Origin: Auanema rhodensis
Taxonomy: Eukaryota; Animalia; Nematoda
NCBI GenBank assembly: GCA_964057225.1
Contig: OZ059897.1
Span: 2,480,001-2,544,000, forward strand
Reading direction: 5' to 3'
Length of the DNA stretch: 64,000 nucleotides
Shown: piece by piece, positions 11,201 to 25,900 of the stretch
Numbering within the stretch: position 1 is the first letter of the stretch
Layout: every line of letters begins with the position of its first letter
The notes under the pieces: model-generated
The model's database searches: none
Told to the model about the DNA's origin: nothing
What the model saw: the letters and a program-made list of their open reading frames with translations, nothing else
Program-made: the position numbers and the translations under genes

Positions 11201-13970
11201 TATATGTTCACACTTATATCCTCGATTTTCACCCTGAAGAATTAATTTTTTCGTTGAATAACATTGTCCATCGTCTTCGTCTTAAAAAAAGGAATCTAAA
11301 AACATCTACTTTTTGTGAAATTATTTAGAAATTTTTCGGGAAAATTTTTGTCAAAATGTTTTTGGAAGCAATGTTGAGTGTACATGGGAACTCAACATAC
11401 ACTAATGCATTATTTTTCATACGATCATAACTAATTTTTGTATAGAGCGTTTCTCAATGTAGTATAGTGCATTCGATGCGGATTTCTAAGCTGCGTTGAT
11501 CTGTGTTATCAGATTTGAGTTAGCTTAAAAATGCACCGAGATATCAACTGATATATGTTCACACTTATATCCTCGATTTTCACCCTGAATAAATGATTTT
11601 TTCGTTGAATAACATTGTCCATCGTCTTCGTCTTAAAAAAAGGAATCTAAAAACATCTACTTTTTGTGAAATTATTTAGAAATTTTTCGGGAAAATTTTT
11701 GTCAAAATGTTTTTGGAAGCAATGTTGAGTGTACATGGGAACTCAACATACACTAATGCATTATTTTTCGAACGATCATAACTAATTTTTGTATGGAGCG
11801 TTTCTCAATGTAGTATAGTGCATTCGATGCGGATTTTTAAGCTGCGTTGATCTGTGTTATCAGATTTGCGCTAGCTTAAAAATGCACCGAGTAATCAACT
11901 GATATAGGTTCACACTTATATCCTCGATTTTCACCCTGAAGAATTAATTTTTTCGTTGAATAACATTGTCCATCGTCTTTGCCTTGAAAAAAGAAATCTA
12001 AAAACTCCTACTTTTTGTGAAATTATTTAGAAATTTTTCAGGAAAATTTTTGTCAAAATGTTTTTGGAAGCAATGTTGAGTGTACATGGGAACTCAACAT
12101 ACACTAATGCATTATTTTTCAAACGATCATAACTAATTTTTGTATGGAGCGTTTCTCAATGTAGTATAGTGCATTCGATGCGGATTTTTAAGCTGCGTTG
12201 ATCTGTGTTATCAGATTTGAGTTAGCTTAAAAATGCACCGAGATATCAACTGATTTATGTTCACACTTATATCCTCGATTTTCACCCTGAAGAAATGATT
12301 TTTTCGTTGAATAACATTGTCCATCGTCTTCGTCTTGAAAAAAGGAATCTAAAAACATCTACTTTTTGTGAAATTATTTAGAAATTTTTCGGGAAAATTT
12401 TTGTCAAAATGTTTTTGGAAGCAATGTTGAGTGTACATGGGAACTCAACATACACTAATGCATTATTTTTCAAACGATCATAACTAATTTTTGTATGGAG
12501 CGTTTCTCAATGTAGTATAGTGCATTCGATGCGGATTTTTAAGCTGCGTTGATCTGTGTTATCAGATTTGCGCTAGCTTAAAAATGCACCGAGTAATCAA
12601 CTGATATAGGTTCACACTTATATCCTCGATTTTCACCCTGAAGAATTAATTTTTTCGTTGAATAACATTGTCCATCGTCTTTGCCTTGAAAAAAGAAATC
12701 TAAAAACTCCTACTTTTTGTGAAATTATTTAGAAATTTTTCGGGAAAATTTTTGTCACAATGTTTTTGGAAGCAATGTTGAGTGTACATGGGAACTCAAC
12801 ATACACTAATGCATTATTTTTCAAACGATCATAACTAATTTTTGTATAGAGCGTTTCTCAATGTAGTATAGTGCATTCGATGCGGATTTTTAAGCTGCGT
12901 TGATCTGTGTTATCAGATTTGAGTTAACTTAAAAATGCACCGAGATATCAACTGATATATGTTCACACTTATATCCTCGATTTTCACCCTGAAGAAATGA
13001 TTTTTTCGTTGAAAAACATTGTCCATCGTATTTGTCTTGAAAAAAGGAATCTAAAAACATCTACTTTTTGTGAAATTATTTAGAAATTTTTCGGGAAAAT
13101 TTTTGTCAAAATGTTTTTGGAAGCAATGTTGAGTGTACATGGGAACTCAACATACACTAATGCATTATTTTTTAAACGATCATAACTAATTTTTGTATAG
13201 AGCGTTTCTCATTGTAGTATAGTGCATTCGATGCGGATTTTCAAGCTGCGTTGATCTGTGTTATCAGATTTGAGTTAACTTAAAAATGCACCGAGATATC
13301 AACTGATATAGGTTCACACTTGTATCCTCGATTTTCACCCTGAAGAAATGATTTTTTCGTTAAAAAACATTGTCCATCGTCTTCGTCTTGAAAAAAGGAA
13401 TCTAAAAACATCTACTTTTTGTGAAATTATTCAGAAATTTTTCGGGAAAATTTTTGTCAAAATGTTTTTGGAAGCAATGTTGAGTGTACATGGGAACTCA
13501 ACATACACTAATGCATTATTTTTCAAACGATCATAACTAATTTTTGTATGGAGCGTTTCTCAATGTAGTATAGTGCATTCGATGCAGATTTTTAAGCTGC
13601 GTTGATCTGTGTTATCATATTTGAGTTAACTTAAAAATGCACCGAGATATCAACTGATATAGGTTCACACTTGTATCCTCGATTTTCACCCTGAAGAATT
13701 AATTTTTTCGTTGAATAACATTGTCCATCGTCTTTGCCTTGGAAAAAGAAATCTAAAAACTCCTACTTTTTGTGAAATTATTTGGAAATTTTTCGGGAAA
13801 ATTTTTGTCACAATGTTTTTGGAAGCAATGTTGAGTGTACATGGGAACTCAACATACACTAATGCATTATTTTTCAAACGATCATAACTAATTTTTGTAT
13901 GGAGCGTTTCTCAATGTAGTATAGTGCATTCGATGCGGATTTTTAAGCTGCGTTGATCTGTGTTATCAGA
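8280..13970. repeat. 8-monomer (2808-bp) higher-order tandem duplication
   Basis: The variant order of M25-M32 repeats in M33-M40, e.g. TTAAAAAAC/ATTCAG/TCATATT monomers at 10530 and 13338. ORF-track offsets 10540 to 13348 and 10878 to 13686 are both 2808. Confidence 0.85.
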
Positions 13971-16900
13971 TTTGAGTTAGCTTAAAAATGCACCGAGATA
14001 TCAACTGATTTATGTTCACACTTATATCCTCGATTTTCACCCTGAAGAAATGATTTTTTCGTTGAATAACATTGTCCATCGTCTTCGTCTTGAAAAAAGG
14101 AATCTAAAAACATCTACTTTTTGTGAAATTATTTAGAAATTTTTCGGGAAAATTTTTGTCAAAATGTTTTTGGAAGCAATGTTGAGTGTACATGGGAACT
14201 CAACATACACTAATGCATTATTTTTCAAACGATCATAACTAATTTTTGTATGGAGCGTTTCTCAATGTAGTATAGTGCATTCGATGCGGATTTTTAAGCT
14301 GCGTTGATCTGTGTTATCAGATTTGCGCTAGCTTAAAAATGCACCGAGTAATCAACTGATATAGGTTCACACTTATATCCTCGATTTTCACCCTGAAGAA
14401 TTAATTTTTTCGTTGAATAACATTGTCCATCGTCTTTGCCTTGAAAAAAGAAATCTAAAAACTCCTACTTTTTGTGAAATTATTTAGAAATTTTTCGGGA
14501 AAATTTTTGTCACAATGTTTTTGGAAGCAATGTTGAGTGTACATGGGAACTCAACATACACTAATGCATTATTTTTCAAACGATCATAACTAATTTTTGT
14601 ATAGAGCGTTTCTCAATGTAGTATAGTGCATTCGATGCGGATTTTTAAGCTGCGTTGATCTGTGTTATCAGATTTGCGCTAGCTTAAAAATGCACCGAGA
14701 TATCAACTGATATAGGTTCACACTTATATCCTCGATTTTCACCCTGAAGAATTAATTTTTTCGTTGAATAACATTGTCCATCGTCTTTGCCTTGAAAAAA
14801 GAAATCTAAAAACTCCTACTTTTTGTGAAATTATTTAGAAATTTTTCGGGAAAATTTTTGTCACAATGTTTTTGGAAGCAATGTTGAGTGTACATGGGAA
14901 CTCAACATACACTAATGCATTATTTTTCAAACGATCATAACTAATTTTTGTATAGAGCGTTTCTCAATGTAGTATAGTGCATTCGATGCGGATTTTTAAG
15001 CTGCGTTGATCTGTGTTATCAGATTTGAGTTAACTTAAAAATGCACCGAGATATCAACTGATATATGTTCACACTTATATCCTCGATTTTCACCCTGAAG
15101 AAATGATTTTTTCGTTGAAAAACATTGTCCATCGTATTTGTCTTGAAAAAAGGAATCTAAAAACATCTACTTTTTGTGAAATTATTTAGAAATTTTTCGG
15201 GAAAATTTTTGTCAAAATGTTTTTGGAAGCAATGTTGAGTGTACATGGGAACTCAACATACACTAATGCATTATTTTTCAAACGATCATAACTAATTTTT
15301 GTATAGAGCGTTTCTCATTGTAGTATAGTGCATTCGATGCGGATTTTCAAGCTGCGTTGATCTGTGTTATCAGATTTGAGTTAACTTAAAAATGCACCGA
15401 GATATCAACTGATATAGGTTCACACTTGTATCCTCGATTTTCACCCTGAAGAAATGATTTTTTCGTTAAAAAACATTGTCCATCGTCTTCGTCTTGAAAA
15501 AAGGAATCTAAAAACATCTACTTTTTGTGAAATTATTCAGAAATTTTTCGGGAAAATTTTTGTCAAAATGTTTTTGGAAGCAATGTTGAGTGTACATGGG
15601 AACTCAACATACACTAATGCATTATTTTTCAAACGATCATAACTAATTTTTGTATGGAGCGTTTCTCAATGTAGTATAGTGCATTCGATGCAGATTTTTA
15701 AGCTGCGTTGATCTGTGTTATCATATTTGAGTTAACTTAAAAATGCACCGAGATATCAACTGATATATGTTCACACTTATATCCTCGATTTTCACCCTGA
15801 AGAAATGATTTTTTCGTTGAAAAACATTGTCCATCGTATTCGTCTTGAAAAAAGGAATCTAAAAACATCTACTTTTCGTGAAATTATTTAGAAATTTTTC
15901 GGGAAAATTTTTGTCAAAATGTTTTTGGAAGCAATGTTGAGTGTACATGGGAACTCAACATACACTAATGCATTATTTTTCAAACGATCATAACTAATTT
16001 TTGTATAGAGCGTTTCTCAATGTAGTATAGTGCATTCGATGCGGATTTTTAAGCTGCGTTGATCTGTGTTATCAGATTTGAGTTAGCTTAAAAATGCACC
16101 GAGATATCAACTGATATATGTTCACACTTATATCCTCGATTTTCACCCTGAAGAAATGATTTTTTCGTTGAATAACATTGTCCATCATCTTCGTCTTGAA
16201 AAAAGGAATCTAAAAACATCTAATTTTGTGAAATTATTTAGAAATTTTTCGGGAAAATTTTTGTCAAAATGTTTTTGGAAGCAATGTTGAGTGTACATGG
16301 GAACTCAACATACACTAATGCATTATTTTTCAAACGATCATAACTAATTTTTGTATGGAGCGTTTCTCAATGTAGTATAGTGCATTCGATGCGGATTTTT
16401 AAGCTGCGTTGATCTGTGTTATCAGATTTGCGCTAGCTTAAAATGCACCGAGTAATCAACTGATATAGGTTCACACTTATATCCTCGATTTTCACCCTGA
16501 AGAATTAATTTTTTCGTTGAATAACATTGTCCATCGTCTTTGCCTTGAAAAAAGAAATCTAAAAACTCCTACTTTTTGTGAAATTATTTAGAAATTTTTC
16601 AGGAAAATTTTTGTCAAAATGTTTTTGGAAGCAATGTTGAGTGTACATGGGAACTCAACATACACTAATGCATTATTTTTCAAACGATCATAACTAATTT
16701 TTGTATAGAGCGTTTCTCAATGTAGTATAGTGCATTCGATGCGGATTTCTAAGCTGCGTTGATCTGTGTTATCAGATTTGAGTTAGCTTAAAAATGCACC
16801 GAGATATCAACTGATATATGTTCACACTTATATCCTCGATTTTCACCCTGAAGAAATGATTTTTTCGTTGAAAAACATTGTCCATCATCTTCGTCTTGAA

Positions 16901-19900
16901 AAAAGGAATCTAAAAACATCTAATTTTGTGAAATTATTTAGAAATTTTTCGGGAAAATTTTTGTCAAAATGTTTTTGGAAGCAATGTTGAGTGTACATGG
17001 GAACTCAACATACACTAATGCATTATTTTTCAAACGATCATAACTAATTTTTGTATAGAGCGTTTCTCAATGTAGTATAGTGCATTCGATGCGGATTTCT
17101 AAGCTGCGTTGATCTGTGTTATCAGATTTGAGTTAGCTTAAAAATGCACCGAGATATCAACTGATATATGTTCACACTTATATCCTCGATTTTCACTCTG
17201 AAGAAATGATTTTTTCGTTGAATAACATTGTCCATCGTCTTCGTCTTAAAAAAAGGAATCTAAAAACATCTACTTTTTGTGAAATTATTTAGAAATTTTT
17301 CGGGAAAATTTTTGTCAAAATGTTTTTGGAAGCAATGTTGAGTGTACATGGGAACTCAACATACACTAATGCATTATTTTTCAAACGATCATAACTAATT
17401 TTTGTATGGAGCGTTTCCCAATGTAGTATAGTGCATTCGATGCGGATTTTTAAGCTGCGTTGATCTGTGTTATCAGATTTGAGTTAACTTAAAAATGCAC
17501 CGAGATATCAACTGATATAGGTTCACACTTGTATCCTCGATTTTCACCCTGAAGAATTAATTTTTTCGTTGAATAACATTGTCCATCGTCTTTGCCTTGA
17601 AAAAAGAAATCTAAAAACTCCTACTTTTTGTGAAATTATTTGGAAATTTTTCGGGAAAATTTTTGTCACAATGTTTTTGGAAGCAATGTTGAGTGTACAT
17701 GGGAACTCAACATACACTAATGCATTATTTTTCAAACGATCATAACTAATTTTTGTATAGAGCGTTTCTCATTGTAGTATAGTGCATTCGATGCGGATTT
17801 TTAAGCTGCGTTGATCTGTGTTATCAGATTTGAGTTAACTTAAAAATGCACCGAGATATCAACTGATATAGGTTCACACTTGTATCCTCGATTTTCACCC
17901 TGAAGAAATGATTTTTTCGTTGAAAAACATTGTCCATCGTATTCGTCTTGAAAAAAGGAATCTAAAAACATCTACTTTTCGTGAAATTATTTAGAAATTT
18001 TTCGGGAAAATTTTTGTCAAAATGTTTTTGGAAGCAATGTTGAGTGTACATGGGAACTCAACATACACTAATGCATTATTTTTCAAACGATCATAACTAA
18101 TTTTTGTATAGAGCGTTTCTCAATGTAGTATAGTGCATTCGATGCGGATTTTTAAGCTGCGTTGATCTGTGTTATCAGATTTGAGTTAGCTTAAAAATGC
18201 ACCGAGATATCAACTGATATATGTTCACACTTATATCCTCGATTTTCACCCTGAAGAAATGATTTTTTCGTTGAATAACATTGTCCATCATCTTCGTCTG
18301 GAAAAAAGGAATCTAAAAACATCTACTTTTTGTGAAATTATTCAGAAATTTTTCGGGAAAATTTTTGTCAAAATGTTTTTGGAAGCAATGTTGAGTGTAC
18401 ATGGGAACTCAACATACACTAATGCATTATTTTTCAAACGATCATAACTAATTTTTGTATGGAGCGTTTCTCAATGTAGTATAGTGCATTCGATGCGGAT
18501 TTTTAAGCTGCGTTGATCTGTGTTATCAGATTTGAGTTAGCTTAAAAATGCACCGAGATATCAACTGATTTATGTTCACACTTATATCCTCGATTTTCAC
18601 CCTGAAGAAATGATTTTTTCGTTGAATAACATTGTCCATCGTCTTCGTCTTGAAAAAAGGAATCTAAAAACATCTACTTTTTGTGAAATTATTTAGAAAT
18701 TTTTCGGGAAAATTTTTGTCAAAATGTTTTTGGAAGCAATGTTGAGTGTACATGGGAACTCAACATACACTAATGCATTATTTTTCAAACGATCATAACT
18801 AATTTTTGTATGGAGCGTTTCTCAATGTAGTATAGTGCATTCGATGCGGATTTTTAAGCTGCGTTGATCTGTGTTATCAGATTTGAGTTAGCTTAAAAAT
18901 GCACCGAGATATCAACTGATATATGTTCACACTTATATCCTCGATTTTCACCCTGAAGAAATGATTTTTTCGTTGAATAACATTGTCCATCGTCTTCGTC
19001 TTGAAAAAAGGAATCTAAAAACATCTACTTTTTCTGAAATTATTTAGAAATTTTTCGGGAAAATTTTTGTCAAAATGTTTTTGGAAGCAATGTTGAGTGT
19101 ACATGGGAACTCAACATACACTAATGCATTATTTTTCAAACGATCATAACTAATTTTTGTATGGAGCGTTTCTCAATGTAGTATAGTGCATTCGATGCGG
19201 ATTTTTAAGCTGCGTTGATCTGTGTTATCAGATTTGCGCTAGCTTAAAATGCACCGAGTAATCAACTGATATAGGTTCACACTTATATCCTCGATTTTCA
19301 CCCTGAAGAAATGATTTTTTCGTTGAAAAACATTGTCCATCGTATTCGTCTTGAAAAAAGGAATCTAAAAACATCTACTTTTCGTGAAATTATTTAGAAA
19401 TTTTTCGGGAAAATTTTTGTCAAAATGTTTTTGGAAGCAATGTTGAGTGTACATGGGAACTCAACATACACTAATGCATTATTTTTCAAACGATCATAAC
19501 TAATTTTTGTATAGAGCGTTTCTCAATGTAGTATAGTGCATTCGATGCGGATTTTTAAGCTGCGTTGATCTGTGTTATCAGATTTGAGTTAGCTTAAAAA
19601 TGCACCGAGATATCAACTGATATATGTTCACACTTATATCCTCGATTTTCACCCTGAAGAAATGATTTTTTCGTTGAAAAACATTGTCCATCGTATTCGT
19701 CTTGAAAAAAGGAATCTAAAAACATCTACTTTTCGTGAAATTATTTAGAAATTTTTCGGGAAAATTTTTGTCAAAATGTTTTTGGAAGCAATGTTGAGTG
19801 TACATGGGAACTCAACATACACTAATGCATTATTTTTCAAACGATCATAACTAATTTTTGTATTAAGGGTTTCTCAATGTAGTATAGTGCATTCGATGCG

Positions 19901-22900
19901 GATTTTTAAGCTGCGTTGATCTGTGTTATCAGATTTGAGTTAGCTTAAAAATGCACCGAGATATCAACTGATATATGTTCACACTTATATCCTCGATTTT
20001 CACCCTGAAGAAATGATTTTTTCGTTGAATAACATTGTCCATCATCTTCGTCTTGAAAAAAGGAATCTAAAAACATCTACTTTTTGTGAAATTATTTAGA
20101 AATTTTTCGGGAAAATTTTTGTCAAAATGTTTTTGGAAGCAATGTTGAGTGTACATGGGAACTCAACATACACTAATGCATTATTTTTCAAACGATCATA
20201 ACTAATTTTTGTATAGAGCGTTTCTCAATGTAGTATAGTGCATTCGATGCGGATTTCTAAGCTGCGTTGATCTGTGTTATCAGATTTGAGTTAGCTTAAA
20301 AATACACCGAGATATCAACTGATATATGTTCACACTTATATCCTCGATTTTCACTCTGAAGAAATGATTTTTTCGTTGAATAACATTGTCCATCGTCTTC
20401 GTCTTAAAAAAAGGAATCTAAAAACATCTACTTTTTGTGAAATTATTTAGAAATTTTTCGGGAAAATTTTTGTCAAAATGTTTTTGGAAGCAATGTTGAG
20501 TGTACATGGGAACTCAACATACACTAATGCATTATTTTTCAAACGATCATAACTAATTTTTGTATGGAGCGTTTCCCAATGTAGTATAGTGCATTCGATG
20601 CGGATTTTTAAGCTGCGTTGATCTGTGTTATCAGATTTGAGTTAACTTAAAAATGCACCGAGATATCAACTGATATAGGTTCACACTTGTATCCTCGATT
20701 TTCACCCTGAAGAATTAATTTTTTCGTTGAATAACATTGTCCATCGTCTTTGCCTTGAAAAAAGAAATCTAAAAACTCCTACTTTTTGTGAAATTATTTG
20801 GAAATTTTTCGGGAAAATTTTTGTCACAATGTTTTTGGAAGCAATGTTGAGTGTACATGGGAACTCAACATACACTAATGCATTATTTTTCAAACGATCA
20901 TAACTAATTTTTGTATAGAGCGTTTCTCATTGTAGTATAGTGCATTCGATGCGGATTTTTAAGCTGCGTTGATCTGTGTTATCAGATTTGAGTTAACTTA
21001 AAAATGCACCGAGATATCAACTGATATAGGTTCACACTTGTATCCTCGATTTTCACCCTGAAGAAATGATTTTTTCGTTGAAAAACATTGTCCATCGTAT
21101 TCGTCTTGAAAAAAGGAATCTAAAAACATCTACTTTTCGTGAAATTATTTAGAAATTTTTCGGGAAAATTTTTGTCAAAATGTTTTTGGAAGCAATGTTG
21201 AGTGTACATGGGAACTCAACATACACTAATGCATTATTTTTCAAACGATCATAACTAATTTTTGTATAGAGCGTTTCTCAATGTAGTATAGTGCATTCGA
21301 TGCGGATTTTTAAGCTGCGTTGATCTGTGTTATCAGATTTGAGTTAGCTTAAAAATGCACCGAGATATCAACTGATATATGTTCACACTTATATCCTCGA
21401 TTTTCACCCTGAAGAAATGATTTTTTCGTTGAATAACATTGTCCATCATCTTCGTCTTGAAAAAAGGAATCTAAAAACATCTACTTTTTGTGAAATTATT
21501 TAGAAATTTTTCGGGAAAATTTTTGTCAAAATGTTTTTGGAAGCAATGTTGAGTGTACATGGGAACTCAACATACACTAATGCATTATTTTTCAAACGAT
21601 CATAACTAATTTTTGTATGGAGCGTTTCTCAATGTAGTATAGTGCATTCGATGCGGATTTTTAAGCTGCGTTGATCTGTGTTATCAGATTTGAGTTAGCT
21701 TAAAAATGCACCGAGATATCAACTGATATATGTTCACACTTATATCCTCGATTTTCACTCTGAAGAAATGATTTTTTCGTTGAATAACATTGTCCATCGT
21801 CTTCGTCTTAAAAAAAGGAATCTAAAAACATCTACTTTTTGTGAAATTATTTAGAAATTTTTCGGGAAAATTTTTGTCAAAATGTTTTTGGAAGCAATGT
21901 TGAGTGTACATGGGAACTCAACATACACTAATGCATTATTTTTCAAACGATCATAACTAATTTTTGTATGGAGCGTTTCCCAATGTAGTATAGTGCATTC
22001 GATGCGGATTTTTAAGCTGCGTTGATCTGTGTTATCAGATTTGAGTTAACTTAAAAATGCACCGAGATATCAACTGATATAGGTTCACACTTGTATCCTC
22101 GATTTTCACCCTGAAGAATTAATTTTTTCGTTGAATAACATTGTCCATCGTCTTTGCCTTGAAAAAAGAAATCTAAAAACTCCTACTTTTTGTGAAATTA
22201 TTTGGAAATTTTTCGGGAAAATTTTTGTCACAATGTTTTTGGAAGCAATGTTGAGTGTACATGGGAACTCAACATACACTAATGCATTATTTTTCAAACG
22301 ATCATAACTAATTTTTGTATAGAGCGTTTCTCATTGTAGTATAGTGCATTCGATGCGGATTTTTAAGCTGCGTTGATCTGTGTTATCAGATTTGAGTTAA
22401 CTTAAAAATGCACCGAGATATCAACTGATATAGGTTCACACTTGTATCCTCGATTTTCACCCTGAAGAAATGATTTTTTCGTTGAAAAACATTGTCCATC
22501 GTATTCGTCTTGAAAAAAGGAATCTAAAAACATCTACTTTTCGTGAAATTATTTAGAAATTTTTCGGGAAAATTTTTGTCAAAATGTTTTTGGAAGCAAT
22601 GTTGAGTGTACATGGGAACTCAACATACACTAATGCATTATTTTTCAAACGATCATAACTAATTTTTGTATAGAACGTTTCTCATTGTAGTATAGTGCAT
22701 TCGATGCGGATTTTTAAGCTGCGTTGATCTGTGTTATCAGATTTGAGTTAACTTAAAAATGCACCGAGATATCAACTGATATAGGTTCACACTTGTATCC
22801 TCGATTTTCACCCTGAAGAAATGATTTTTTCGTTGAAAAACATTGTCCATCGTATTCGTCTTGAAAAAAGGAATCTAAAAACATCTACTTTTCGTGAAAT

Positions 22901-25900
22901 TATTTAGAAATTTTTCGGGAAAATTTTTGTCAAAATGTTTTTGGAAGCAATGTTGAGTGTACATGGGAACTCAACATACACTAATGCATTATTTTTCAAA
23001 CGATCATAACTAATTTTTGTATAGAGCGTTTCTCAATGTAGTATAGTGCATTCGATGCGGATTTTTAAGCTGCGTTGATCTGTGTTATCAGATTTGAGTT
23101 AGCTTAAAAATGCACCGAGATATCAACTGATATATGTTCACACTTATATCCTCGATTTTCACCCTGAAGAAATGATTTTTTCGTTGAATAACATTGTCCA
23201 TCATCTTCGTCTTGAAAAAAGGAATCTAAAAACATCTACTTTTTGTGAAATTATTTAGAAATTTTTCGGGAAAATTTTTGTCAAAATGTTTTTGGAAGCA
23301 ATGTTGAGTGTACATGGGAACTCAACATACACTAATGCATTATTTTTCAAACGATCATAACTAATTTTTGTATGGAGCGTTTCTCAATGTAGTATAGTGC
23401 ATTCGATGCGGATTTTTAAGCTGCGTTGATCTGTGTTATCAGATTTGAGTTAGCTTAAAAATGCACCGAGATATCAACTGATATATGTTCACACTTATAT
23501 CCTCGATTTTCACCCTGAAGAAATGATTTTTTCGTTGAATAACATTGTCCATCATCTTCGTCTTGAAAAAAGGAATCTAAAAACATCTACTTTTTGTGAA
23601 ATTATTTAGAAATTTTTCGGGAAAATTTTTGTCAAAATGTTTTTGGAAGCAATGTTGAGTGTACATGGGAACTCAACATACACTAATGCATTATTTTTCA
23701 AACGATCATAACTAATTTTTGTATAGAGCGTTTCTCAATGTAGTATAGTGCATTCGATGCGGATTTCTAAGCTGCGTTGATCTGTGTTATCAGATTTGAG
23801 TTAGCTTAAAAATGCACCGAGATATCAACTGATATATGTTCACACTTATATCCTCGATTTTCACTCTGAAGAAATGATTTTTTCGTTGAATAACATTGTC
23901 CATCGTCTTCGTCTTAAAAAAAGGAATCTAAAAACATCTACTTTTTGTGAAATTATTTAGAAATTTTTCGGGAAAATTTTTGTCAAAATGTTTTTGGAAG
24001 CAATGTTGAGTGTACATGGGAACTCAACATACACTAATGCATTATTTTTCAAACGATCATAACTAATTTTTGTATGGAGCGTTTCCCAATGTAGTATAGT
24101 GCATTCGATGCGGATTTTTAAGCTGCGTTGATCTGTGTTATCAGATTTGAGTTAACTTAAAAATGCACCGAGATATCAACTGATATAGGTTCACACTTGT
24201 ATCCTCGATTTTCACCCTGAAGAATTAATTTTTTCGTTGAATAACATTGTCCATCATCTTCGTCTTGAAAAAAGGAATCTAAAAACATCTACTTTTTGTG
24301 AAATTATTTAGAAATTTTTCGGGAAAATTTTTGTCAAAATGTTTTTGGAAGCAATGTTGAGTGTACATGGGAACTCAACATACACTAATGCATTATTTTT
24401 CAAACGATCATAACTAATTTTTGTATGGAGCGTTTCCCAATGTAGTATAGTGCATTCGATGCGGATTTTTAAGCTGCGTTGATCTGTGTTATCAGATTTG
24501 AGTTAACTTAAAAATGCACCGAGATATCAACTGATATAGGTTCACACTTGTATCCTCGATTTTCACCCTGAAGAATTAATTTTTTCGTTGAATAACATTG
24601 TCCATCGTCTTTGCCTTGAAAAAAGAAATCTAAAAACTCCTACTTTTTGTGAAATTATTTGGAAATTTTTCGGGAAAATTTTTGTCACAATGTTTTTGGA
24701 AGCAATGTTGAGTGTACATGGGAACTCAACATACACTAATGCATTATTTTTCAAACGATCATAACTAATTTTTGTATAGAGCGTTTCTCATTGTAGTATA
24801 GTGCATTCGATGCGGATTTTTAAGCTGCGTTGATCTGTGTTATCAGATTTGAGTTAACTTAAAAATGCACCGAGATATCAACTGATATAGGTTCACACTT
24901 GTATCCTCGATTTTCACCCTGAAGAAATGATTTTTTCGTTGAAAAACATTGTCCATCGTATTCGTCTTGAAAAAAGGAATCTAAAAACATCTACTTTTCG
25001 TGAAATTATTTAGAAATTTTTCGGGAAAATTTTTGTCAAAATGTTTTTGGAAGCAATGTTGAGTGTACATGGGAACTCAACATACACTAATGCATTATTT
25101 TTCAAACGATCATAACTAATTTTTGTATAGAGCGTTTCTCAATGTAGTATAGTGCATTCGATGCGGATTTTTAAGCTGCGTTGATCTGTGTTATCAGATT
25201 TGAGTTAGCTTAAAAATGCACCGAGATATCAACTGATATATGTTCACACTTATATCCTCGATTTTCACCCTGAAGAAATGATTTTTTCGTTGAAAAACAT
25301 TGTCCATCGTATTCGTCTTGAAAAAAGGAATCTAAAAACATCTACTTTTTGTGAAATTATTTAGAAATTTTTCGGGAAAATTTTTGTCAAAATGTTTTTG
25401 GAAGCAATGTTGAGTGTACATGGGAACTCAACATACACTAATGCATTATTTTTCAAACGATCATAACTAATTTTTGTATAGAGCGTTTCTCATTGTAGTA
25501 TAGTGCATTCGATGCGGATTTTCAAGCTGCGTTGATCTGTGTTATCAGATTTGAGTTAACTTAAAAATGCACCGAGATATCAACTGATATAGGTTCACAC
25601 TTGTATCCTCGATTTTCACCCTGAAGAAATGATTTTTTCGTTAAAAAACATTGTTCATCGTCTTCGTCTTGAAAAAGGGAATCTAAAAACATCTACTTTT
25701 TGTGAAATTATTCAGAAATTTTTCGGGAAAATTTTTGTCAAAATGTTTTTGGAAGCAATGTTGAGTGTACATGGGAACTCAACATACACTAATGCATTAT
25801 TTTTCAAACGATCATAACTAATTTTTGTATGGAGCGTTTCTCAATGTAGTATAGTGCATTCGATGCAGATTTTTAAGCTGCGTTGATCTGTGTTATCAGA

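Larger units (their letters stand above)
1..25267. repeat. Array domain 1 (mixed subtypes; markers CACTCTG, TTCCCAAT, TTTCTAAG, TTCAGGA, GATTTATG)
   Basis: These variants recur up to about 24.4 kb and were not seen afterwards. All five indels lie here. The boundary is approximate. Confidence 0.7.

Noticed and set aside
19862-19871. Telomere-like seed (TTAAGGG)
   Set aside because: A single imperfect unit created by substitutions, not a tandem telomeric tract.
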